A stretch of DNA of 64,000 nucleotides from a virus (Duplodnaviria > Caudoviricetes). The translations under genes and the position numbers were made by a program. Shown piece after piece: positions 46,498 through 54,385 of the stretch. The stretch is from the IMG/VR virus record IMGVR_UViG_3300033070_001349, positions 84,483-148,482 of that record; one strand, given 5' to 3'. Below the pieces are notes generated by a model. That model was given only the letters and a program-made list of their open reading frames with translations. It was not told the origin of the DNA and made no database searches. Every line of letters begins with the position of its first letter. The stretch's first letter is position 1.

Positions 46498-49400
46498 CGA
46501 ACCTGCTTTCCCCCGGAGTCTACGTCGAGGAGTTCGCGGAGACCCCGCAGACGATCGACGCGGTCTCCCCCTCCGCGGTCGGCATCCTCGGGTTCACCCC
46601 GTTCGGTCCGAGCCGCGTCACGCGCGTCTCCACCCTGGCTGAGTTCGGCCGCCTCTTCGGCGGCCTGACCACGAAGTCCCTCACGCCCTACGAGGTCTCC
46701 GCCTTCTTCACGAACGGTGGCGGCCGGGCGTACATCCGGCGCATCACCCCGGCCGACGCCGTCTCGGCCACGGCCCGGCTCCGCTCGGTCACCTACGACC
46801 AGCGGATCGAGACGGGCGCCACGGGCACGGCCGCCTTCTCCAAGACCGCGGGGGCCTCGGTGCTCAAGGACAACGGGGGGCTCTCGCCCCTCGTGCCGCA
46901 GACGGTGACCTTCCGGTGGCGCAGCGCGGGCTACGCCGTGACCTCGCAGATCGCCCGAACCAGGGACGGCTCCGCCCCCCTCGTCGGGGCGAACGGCGTC
47001 GCGCTCTACGAGGGCCGCGCCGACGCGCGGGCCACGCGCCTCATCCCCGGCGCGACCGCCCCCGGCGGCGTCTACTATCGCTCCGTCTCGGACGGCAACA
47101 CGGCCGTCGAGGTGTGCCACGTCAACGCCGGGGTCTCGCAGGCCCTCTCGGTCACGGTCTCGGGCAACCGGATCACCGTGAACCTCGCCACGGACAGCTC
47201 CGCCGTCGTGACCTCGACGGCGACCCAGGTGGCAGCGGCCTTCGCGCTCGTGGCCGCTGCCACGGCCCTCGCCACGGCCACGGCGGCGGGGGACGGCAGC
47301 GGGCTCGCGGCAGTCGGCGCGGTGGAGCCCCTGCGCGGGATGCCTGCGACGGCGGACGCCGCCCTCGACGCCATCGTGCCCGGGACGTTCGTCCTGACCT
47401 GGACCGCCGGGGCAGCCTCCAAGACCATCACCTTCGCGGCCACGACCTCCCCGGTGGTGACCGCCACCAACGTCGCGGGCTCGGTCGCCACGCTCGACCT
47501 CCGTACGGGGCGGTTCTCGCTCGTGTGCGCCACCGCGGAGACCCCTGGCGGGCCCGACGCGGGCGCGATCATGTCCCTCGACTACACCCCGGCCACGACG
47601 ACTCGATCGCTGGTCGACGACGGGGCCGGGGCCTTCCAGGCGGGGACGCTCCTCTCCGTTCCCGGGACGGTCGGGCTCGCGACCGGCGCGTACGACTTCA
47701 CGACCGTGGCCCCCGTCCAGGCCACCCGGGCGATCGGCGCCGGGCCCAACGGCACGGTGACCATCACGGTCGACCTCCCTGGCGTCATCGGGAACGGCTA
47801 CACGGTGACGATCGTCCTCCCGGGCGGCACCTCGGCGCTCTCCGCGCGGCTCGTGGGCGAGGCCATCACCCTGAACCTCGCGGTGACCTCGGGCACCCCC
47901 ACCTCCGGGGCCAACACCGCCACCCTGATCGCCACCGCCATCGCCGCCCTCCCCGGGGTGAGCGCGGTCGCCTCCGGGACCGGCGCGGACGAGATCACCG
48001 CCGCCGCCGCCGCCGCCAGCTTCACGGGCGGGGTCGACGACACGCGGCCCCACAACATCGCCGCGGTCCTCGCGACCTACTCGATCTACGCCCGGACCGT
48101 CACGGCGGTGTCCGCCGGGGAGTGGGGCAACCGCACCCGCCTCCGCGTCTCCGGGGACTCGAACTACTACACGCCCGCCACCGGGGCCTTCGGCCGCTAC
48201 CGGGTGTTCGTCGACCGGCAGGACACCGCAACGCTCGCGTGGTCCCCGGTGGAGACCTACGAGGAGCTCGTCTTCAACGACGCCACCTCCCCCTCCTTCT
48301 GGCAGGACGAGCTCGCCGACCTCTCCGAGGTGGTCCTCGTGGCGGAGACCGGCGCGGACGAGGCCCTCGGCCAGCTCAACGGCCGGGCCAGGACCCACGT
48401 CATCGGCGGCGGCGACGAGAGCACGGGCGGGCAGACCTTCTCCGTGACCCTCCCGCACGGCCCTGTCGGCGCCCGCTCGGTCACGATCGCCTACACGGAC
48501 TCGGACGGCACCGCCCGGACGATCACCGACAACGGTTTCGGGGTTCTCTCGGGTTCGGTCGACGCCTCCTATGCTGCGGTGGTCGGGGGCCTCAACCCCA
48601 ACCGCATCAACCTCGCGACCGGCGCGATCAACGTCCGCACCGCCCTCCCCGTACGGCGCGGGACCCTCGTGACAGTGACGTACGTGTCGGCCCCCGCGGC
48701 GGACTCGCACACGGAGACGCTCGGGGTGGCCTCCACCGGGGGGGCCGTCGGTGCGGACGGCACCTTCGACGCCACCAACTACTCCCGCTCCCAGTTCACG
48801 GAGCCCTCTCTCGCGGCCACCGTGGGGGGCGTCTACGGCCTCGACGCGATCGAGGAGATCATGCAGGTGACGATCCCCGACTTCGCCGGGGACACCCTGG
48901 TCTCCCAGGACCTCTGCGCGTACGCTGACGCCCGCGCCGCGGTCTCGCCCGGGGGCGGGGACCGCTTCATCATCCTGACCCCGCCGCGCGGGTCCACGGC
49001 CGAGGCCGCGGTCGACTGGGTCCACAACCAGCTCGGCGTGAGGACCAAGTACGCGGCCGTCTACTGGCCGTGGATCAAGGTCGCCGACCCGCTCCGCAAC
49101 AACCGCCTCAAGGTCATCCCCCCCACGGGCCACGTCGCGGGCATCTACGCCCGCACGGACGCGACGCGCAACGTCGGCAAGGCCCCGGCCGGGACGGTCG
49201 ACGGCCGCCTCCTCTACGCCGCGGACCTGGAGCGCATCCCGACCCAGGGCGACCGGGACGTGGTCTACCCGCGCTTCATCAACCCCCTGCGGCAGGACTC
49301 CCAGGTCGGGCGCTGCGTGTGGGGGGCCCAGACCCTCGCGCCCACCTCCGTGTGGCGGGACGTGAACGCCGTCCGGCTCTTCATGTTCGCCGAGCGCTCG

Positions 49401-49679
49401 GTCTTCAACTCGACCCACTGGATCGTCTTCGAGAACAATGGCCCGGCGCTCTGGGCCCGCATCAAGCTCCAGTTGGAGGGCTTCTTCGCCAACCTCTTCA
49501 CCGACGGCTACCTCGCCGGGCGCACGCGCGCCGAGGCCTACGCCGTGATCTGCGACGACTCCAACAACCCGCAGTCGAGCGTGGACGCGGGCCGGGTCGT
49601 CGTGGACGTGAAGCTCGCGCCGCAGAAGCCCGCGGTCTTCGTCACCTTCCGCTTCTCCCAGCTCGCCCTCTCCACCTGA
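46494..49679 (+). CDS. tail sheath protein with large inserted domains
   Basis: SPGVYVEE, FFTNGGGRAYI, YAAVYWPWIKV.DP, PPTGHVAGIYARTD, KAPAG, VWGAQTL, VNAVRLF, FENNGPALW. Confidence 0.93.
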   Translation: MTNLLSPGVYVEEFAETPQTIDAVSPSAVGILGFTPFGPSRVTRVSTLAEFGRLFGGLTTKSLTPYEVSAFFTNGGGRAYIRRITPADAVSATARLRSVTYDQRIETGATGTAAFSKTAGASVLKDNGGLSPLVPQTVTFRWRSAGYAVTSQIARTRDGSAPLVGANGVALYEGRADARATRLIPGATAPGGVYYRSVSDGNTAVEVCHVNAGVSQALSVTVSGNRITVNLATDSSAVVTSTATQVAAAFALVAAATALATATAAGDGSGLAAVGAVEPLRGMPATADAALDAIVPGTFVLTWTAGAASKTITFAATTSPVVTATNVAGSVATLDLRTGRFSLVCATAETPGGPDAGAIMSLDYTPATTTRSLVDDGAGAFQAGTLLSVPGTVGLATGAYDFTTVAPVQATRAIGAGPNGTVTITVDLPGVIGNGYTVTIVLPGGTSALSARLVGEAITLNLAVTSGTPTSGANTATLIATAIAALPGVSAVASGTGADEITAAAAAASFTGGVDDTRPHNIAAVLATYSIYARTVTAVSAGEWGNRTRLRVSGDSNYYTPATGAFGRYRVFVDRQDTATLAWSPVETYEELVFNDATSPSFWQDELADLSEVVLVAETGADEALGQLNGRARTHVIGGGDESTGGQTFSVTLPHGPVGARSVTIAYTDSDGTARTITDNGFGVLSGSVDASYAAVVGGLNPNRINLATGAINVRTALPVRRGTLVTVTYVSAPAADSHTETLGVASTGGAVGADGTFDATNYSRSQFTEPSLAATVGGVYGLDAIEEIMQVTIPDFAGDTLVSQDLCAYADARAAVSPGGGDRFIILTPPRGSTAEAAVDWVHNQLGVRTKYAAVYWPWIKVADPLRNNRLKVIPPTGHVAGIYARTDATRNVGKAPAGTVDGRLLYAADLERIPTQGDRDVVYPRFINPLRQDSQVGRCVWGAQTLAPTSVWRDVNAVRLFMFAERSVFNSTHWIVFENNGPALWARIKLQLEGFFANLFTDGYLAGRTRAEAYAVICDDSNNPQSSVDAGRVVVDVKLAPQKPAVFVTFRFSQLALST

Positions 49680-49752
49680 GATAGGCGTGCGGTCCACGTA
49701 ACCCCGGACTGCCTCTGTACACCGTCGACCCCGTAGGAGAGACTCCCCCGCC

Positions 49753-50364
49753 ATGGCAACGATCGTCCTGACCAACCTCGACACCTCCCCCCTCCCCCTC
49801 GGCGACCTGGGCAGCAAGTCGCTCGCGGTCGGGGAGGTGCTCACCATCCCCCGCCCTGTCAACGCACTCCCCGCCATGGCCTCGGTCATCGCGGCGGTGG
49901 CGGCGGGCAAGCTCTCCGTGTCGGTCACCCCCACGGCCGCGGAGCTCGCCTCCGGCCTCATGGCGCCGCCGCAGTCGGTGCAGGCGGAGGACACCGCCCC
50001 GGTGGCGTCGTCCGCCGTCGTCGCGGGGGTCCCCTTCGTGATCCGCAAGGCCTTCACCGCCGGGGCGCCCGGCGCGGCGGACGACGTGGAGCTCATCGCG
50101 GCCAACGCCCTCCCGCGGAAGTTCCGCGTCCTCGCCGCCTTCGCCTACTTCTCGACGGCGATCGACGCCACGGTGGCCTCGCTCCGCTCGCGGGCGGCCG
50201 GGGCGGGCACGCTCCTCGGGGCCTTCTCGTCCGCCGTCGCCGTGAGCCAGTCCTCGACGCCGCCCACGGCCATCGCCCCCGGCACCCTCGACGGCCTCTT
50301 CCTCCGGCGCGGCGACCGCGGCGTCGCGGGCGAGGTCGTCGTCATCGTCCAGGCCGAGAGCTGA
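49753..50364 (+). CDS. hypothetical (probably virion) protein
   Basis: AGGAG SD; strong GC3; between sheath and tube. Confidence 0.65.
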   Translation: MATIVLTNLDTSPLPLGDLGSKSLAVGEVLTIPRPVNALPAMASVIAAVAAGKLSVSVTPTAAELASGLMAPPQSVQAEDTAPVASSAVVAGVPFVIRKAFTAGAPGAADDVELIAANALPRKFRVLAAFAYFSTAIDATVASLRSRAAGAGTLLGAFSSAVAVSQSSTPPTAIAPGTLDGLFLRRGDRGVAGEVVVIVQAES

Positions 50365-50414
50365 TCGGCCCCCTTCGACCGCCACCCGATCACACGGCCT
50401 GCTAGGGAGATTCC

Positions 50415-50957
50415 ATGGCCCGCGCACAGAGCACCGACTTCCTCCAGGGGTTCCGCTTCCACGTCAGGATGACCGGGCCCACCGGGGAGGACCCCCTCCG
50501 CCCCGCCGGGCGCCCGGACGCGGGCTTCTCCGCCGTCGAGACCCCCAAGTATTCGATCGAGGTGGCCGAGTACAAGGAAGGGACGATGGTCTACGCCCGG
50601 AAGCAGCCGGGCTCGCCCAAGTTCGAGGACATTTCCATGAGCCGTGGGATCGCCCGCGGCGACACCACCTTCTGGGCGTGGGCGCAGAACGCCGGGGAGG
50701 GAGCGGGCGAGTACCGCGCCGACCTCGACATCATGGTCTACCACCGCGCCCAGGCCCTCGTCCGCACCGCCGGAGACGTGCGCAACACCCTGCGCATCAA
50801 CACGGACCGCCCCGCCGTCATCATCCACGTCCTCGAAGCCCTCCCGACGGGGGTACCCCTCTTCGGCCCGCTCGAAGCGACCGGGTCGGACATCGCCGTG
50901 CAGGAGCTCTCCGTCGCCTACGAGACGGCCTATCGCGAAGACCCTCCCCTGGCGTAA
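50415..50957 (+). CDS. tail tube protein (gp19-like)
   Basis: DFLQGFRFHV, AGFS, EYKEG, KQPG..KFEDISMSRG, IAVQELSVAYE. Confidence 0.88.
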   Translation: MARAQSTDFLQGFRFHVRMTGPTGEDPLRPAGRPDAGFSAVETPKYSIEVAEYKEGTMVYARKQPGSPKFEDISMSRGIARGDTTFWAWAQNAGEGAGEYRADLDIMVYHRAQALVRTAGDVRNTLRINTDRPAVIIHVLEALPTGVPLFGPLEATGSDIAVQELSVAYETAYREDPPLA

Positions 50958-50969
50958 CCTGGGGCTCCT

Positions 50970-51623
50970 GTGGCCCGGTACGCAATCACCGACTACCTCC
51001 AGAACCACACCTTCTGGCTCATGGACGCCGGGCCCCTGCGGTCCAACCGGCCGCCCGCCCTCACGCCCACCTACGCCTTCTCGTCCATCTCGGCCCCGAC
51101 GATCGAAGCCCAGGTCACGACCATCCGTCAGGCCAATCACCCGCACGGCGTCCCCGTGGTGACCGGCGGCGAGGAGGGCCCGATCGTCCTACGGCGCGGG
51201 GCCTCCTTCGGCGACACCGAGTTCTACCGATGGATCGTGACGGGCATCCGCGGCGACCCCTCGGCGCACGCTGCCTCCCGGGTGCTCGGGGGCCTCGCGG
51301 CGCCCACGCCGTACGTCCGCCGCGACCTCCTCCTCGTGCACTTCATGCCCCGGCTTCCCTTTGTGGCGGTCAACACGAACCTCACCTCGGGTGCCAACCG
51401 CGTAGGCTCCCAGGGCGGTGCGGTGGGATCCCTTCTCCAGGCCCTCCTCCCGGCGCCGTTCGAGGGCGGGATCCGCGTGCCCGCGCGGGCTTGGCTCTTG
51501 AAGGGGTGCGTGCCGACCAAGTACCAAGCGGCCTCGGACTTCGATGCTACCAACTCCCAGGTGAGCGTGATGGAGCTCACCGTGCAACCCGAACACCTCT
51601 CCGAGATCAACCTCGGGAGCTAG
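50970..51623 (+). CDS. second tail tube-like protein
   Basis: DYLQNHTF, FSSISAP, IVLRRG, WLLKGCVPTKY..ASDFDA, VMELTVQPE. Confidence 0.8.
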   Translation: MARYAITDYLQNHTFWLMDAGPLRSNRPPALTPTYAFSSISAPTIEAQVTTIRQANHPHGVPVVTGGEEGPIVLRRGASFGDTEFYRWIVTGIRGDPSAHAASRVLGGLAAPTPYVRRDLLLVHFMPRLPFVAVNTNLTSGANRVGSQGGAVGSLLQALLPAPFEGGIRVPARAWLLKGCVPTKYQAASDFDATNSQVSVMELTVQPEHLSEINLGS

Positions 51624-51631
51624 CCGCAGAG

Positions 51632-51829
51632 ATGGAGACCTCCGTGACGATTCCCGACCGGGCCGAGATCGCCGCCGCCGCCACCGACGTGCACAACGCC
51701 CTCGACCGCTACCGCAAGGTCGTCGCTCGCCACAGGGCCCCGGGGGCGGAGGACCCCGCCGCCTTCATCGACGCGGCCCGCGCCCACCTCCGCGAGGCGG
51801 CCTACGTGGCGGGGGTTGTCCCCCGGTGA
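51632..51829 (+). CDS. small hypothetical protein
   Basis: GC3-biased frame; GTGA overlap downstream. Confidence 0.5.
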   Translation: METSVTIPDRAEIAAAATDVHNALDRYRKVVARHRAPGAEDPAAFIDAARAHLREAAYVAGVVPR

Positions 51830-52557
51830 CTGCCCCCGCCACGCTCTCCGTACGGAAGAAGCTCCTCCTCGTCCTCTTCGACCTCACCCGAGGGAACCCG
51901 GCGGTGGTGGTCGATATGGAGACGATCGCCATGGCCGCGTGGGCGTTCTACCCGCAGGAGTTCGGGCTCAAGCGGTACCGCCAGCCCAACGTCAACGCGG
52001 TGTGGGCCCGGTTCTGCGCGAGCGACTGGCTCATCGTCACCGGCTACGTCCTGCGACCTGTTGGGGACGACGGGCCGCTCGGGGTCAGCATCACCGAGCC
52101 CGGCGCTCAGGCCGCGCGGCTCCTCGTGGGCGGAGGCCACCGGCTCCCGGGGCCGCACGTAGACCTCGCCCTCCTCGCAGCCTCCCCCCTACCGGCTGTC
52201 CCCGCCCGAGTCGATTCCCCCACGGCGGCACCGCCGCCCAGGCAGTTGCGGCACCGCCGCGCCAAGGCGCCCGCCCCTTCGCCCGCCCCCCCGACCCCTA
52301 CACCGCCCGCCCCCACGCCCGAGGTCCGGCCGCTCTCGGTCCGCGAGGAGCGCCACCTCGCCCTCCTCGCCCAGCATGTTCGGCGAGGTACCCGGAAGCT
52401 CACCGGGGCCGACCTCGCCGAGGTGACCCACCATCGCCCCCTCCACGAGCTCCTCAAGGCCGCCCGCCTGGGCGACAGGACGGACCTCGTGGGCGTCCTC
52501 CAGACCCTCCAATCCATGGCAGTGAGGAGCCTCTCCCGTGCGACCGCGGACGCTTGA
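51826..52557 (+). CDS. hypothetical protein, possible winged-helix N-terminus
   Basis: AWAFYPQEFGLKRY..P motif; ITEPG. Confidence 0.55.
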   Translation: MTAPATLSVRKKLLLVLFDLTRGNPAVVVDMETIAMAAWAFYPQEFGLKRYRQPNVNAVWARFCASDWLIVTGYVLRPVGDDGPLGVSITEPGAQAARLLVGGGHRLPGPHVDLALLAASPLPAVPARVDSPTAAPPPRQLRHRRAKAPAPSPAPPTPTPPAPTPEVRPLSVREERHLALLAQHVRRGTRKLTGADLAEVTHHRPLHELLKAARLGDRTDLVGVLQTLQSMAVRSLSRATADA

Positions 52558-52711
52558 GGCCGTCCTGAGCCTGGAGGCCACCCTGGCGATCAACACCGGC
52601 CCGGTGATGCGCCCCATGGGGGTCACGCCCCTCCGGCGCCCCCTGACCGAGCCCCTCCCGCGGGTGAAGTACAAGGTCCCGAAGGAGTACGAGGCGCTCT
52701 ACGGAAACTAG
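52538..52711 (+). CDS. 57-aa hypothetical protein (below the ORF-track cutoff)
   Basis: GAGGAG SD, GTG 52538 to TAG 52711, strong GC3. Confidence 0.5.
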   Translation: MRPRTLEAVLSLEATLAINTGPVMRPMGVTPLRRPLTEPLPRVKYKVPKEYEALYGN

Positions 52712-52792
52712 GTTCGAGGTCCTTTCGACCCTAGCTAACGACCTAGTTTTGTGGACCGTCCGCCCGCTTCGGTGATACACACAACCCGCTGT

Positions 52793-53287
52793 ATGGCGGA
52801 CCTGACCCCCGAGAGCTTCTTCCCGGCCTGCGAGGCCCGCTACGGGGGCAGGTGCGCCAACTGCGGCGGGCTGGACCGGCTAGCCCCGCGGTGGGCGATC
52901 GACCCGGAGGACGGGGGTCACCGTGTCGAGTCCAACACCGTCCTCCTCTGCCGCTCGTGCGCCCTCGGCGCGGTCGCCTCGGCCCGGCTCCCCGAAAACA
53001 CCCCGGCGAGCTTGTGGGTCTCGGTCCCCCTCCACGACTGGGTCCTTTCGCAGGGGGGATCGACCTTCCTCCGCCGACTTGTGGAGTACCTCGCGGATGC
53101 TCCCGAGAGCGACCTGGACGACCTCGCGATGTACCAGGACCCGGACTCCCCTGCGACCCGGCTCCACTTCCGACTCGACTCCGCCCTGTACCACCGCGCT
53201 CTCGATCGAGTCCGCCGATCGGGCTTCACCTTCACCGACGCCCTGACCCACCTCGCTGTCCTCCGCCGCACGAGCCCCATCCCATGA
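52793..53287 (+). CDS. degenerate HNH Zn-finger fused to ribbon-helix-helix-like segments
   Basis: YGGRCANCG...GG....SNTVLLCRSC lacking the catalytic His. Confidence 0.6.
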   Translation: MADLTPESFFPACEARYGGRCANCGGLDRLAPRWAIDPEDGGHRVESNTVLLCRSCALGAVASARLPENTPASLWVSVPLHDWVLSQGGSTFLRRLVEYLADAPESDLDDLAMYQDPDSPATRLHFRLDSALYHRALDRVRRSGFTFTDALTHLAVLRRTSPIP

Positions 53288-54207
53288 GCGACCTCCCCGA
53301 CGACGCCCCCGCCCCCGACCCGAACGACCCCGACGGCCTCGCCCGCAAGGTCGCGATGCGGATGGAGGATGAAATCCGAACGACGCGCTCCTCCGTCCGC
53401 GCGGTCGAGCTCCCGTGCGGCTACCTCGAACGACGCGAGGGGCAGGACGCGGTGCTCCACCGCGACGCCGTGCTCCAAGAGGCGGACGGGGCCGTCGAGG
53501 ACATGCTCGGGTCGGACAGCGTGGCCCCCCACCTCAAGTTCGGCGCCCTCATCGCGCAGTGCACCAAGCGCATCGGGCCCTTCTCCGACCAGGGCGTCAT
53601 CGGGGGGACCATCATGCCTTCCCTCACCATCGGGGACCGCGCCTTCCTCCTCCTCCAGACCCGCATGGTGGCGCTCGGCGACCCCCACTACGTGATCGAG
53701 CCCTGCGACAACGCCTCGTGCCTGAACGAGAAGGGCAAGCGGACCGAGAGCCTCTACACGGTCGACCTCAAGGACATCAAGGTCCTGCCCATGCCGGACC
53801 CGATGAAGCGGTCCTACGCCCTCAAGGTGAAGCACTCGCGCGGCGTCTCGGAGGCGGTCTTCCACCCCATGACGGGTTTCGACGAGGGCCGGATCGCTCG
53901 CTTCGAGACCGACAAGGCGACCCTCCAGATCCTCGCGCGGCTCGACAGGTGGGACGGGAGGGACACGTACATCCGGCCCGACGGCAAGAACGCCCGCGAG
54001 ATCATCACCTGGGCGAAGACCCTGTCGTGGGAGGCCCGCGAGCAGCTCCGCGAGGCCTACGTGGAGGTCGAGGGTGGGGTCGACACGACCCTCCAGCTCG
54101 AATGTCCGATCTGCGGCCGGGAGTTCGAGCGGGAGTTGGCGGTCTCCGGGGATTTTTTTCGCCCCTCGGCGATCTTGCGGCGCTGGAAGAAGACCTCGAA
54201 CTCTTGA
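53284..54207 (+). CDS. tail/baseplate assembly chaperone (gp26-like) with -1 frameshift extension to 54344
   Basis: LTIGDRAFLLL..R...LG, GGVDT...CPICG...FFRP; directly upstream of the tape measure gene. Confidence 0.8.
   Translation: MSDLPDDAPAPDPNDPDGLARKVAMRMEDEIRTTRSSVRAVELPCGYLERREGQDAVLHRDAVLQEADGAVEDMLGSDSVAPHLKFGALIAQCTKRIGPFSDQGVIGGTIMPSLTIGDRAFLLLQTRMVALGDPHYVIEPCDNASCLNEKGKRTESLYTVDLKDIKVLPMPDPMKRSYALKVKHSRGVSEAVFHPMTGFDEGRIARFETDKATLQILARLDRWDGRDTYIRPDGKNAREIITWAKTLSWEAREQLREAYVEVEGGVDTTLQLECPICGREFERELAVSGDFFRPSAILRRWKKTSNS
54153..54159 (+). other. -1 programmed ribosomal frameshift site T TTT TTT
   Basis: T7 run in phase as X XXY YYZ; the -1 frame continues as a coding-like 63-codon segment to TAG 54344. 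Confidence 0.75.
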
Positions 54208-54347
54208 TGCGCTGGTACAAGCTCTCGCCGATCGACGCGATGAAGCTCCCGTACTCGCGCAGGCGCCGGATCGTCCTCGCCCGCAAGGATGCGGAGCGCA
54301 AGCAGGCCGCCAAGTCCGGCGGCACCATCACCCGGTCCATCTAGGTC

Positions 54348-54363
54348 GGAGCCACATGACTCC
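54348..54363 (-). repeat. dispersed palindrome copy 8, intergenic upstream of the tape measure gene
   Basis: GGAGCCACATGACTCC. Confidence 0.9.
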
Positions 54364-54385
54364 GGCTCCGTGATAGCGTCCGTTC

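Noticed and set aside
52706-52750. AT-richer inverted repeats (AACTAGGT...ACCTAGTT plus an inner stem)
   Set aside because: Probably an ordinary terminator-like structure; too little evidence for a separate feature
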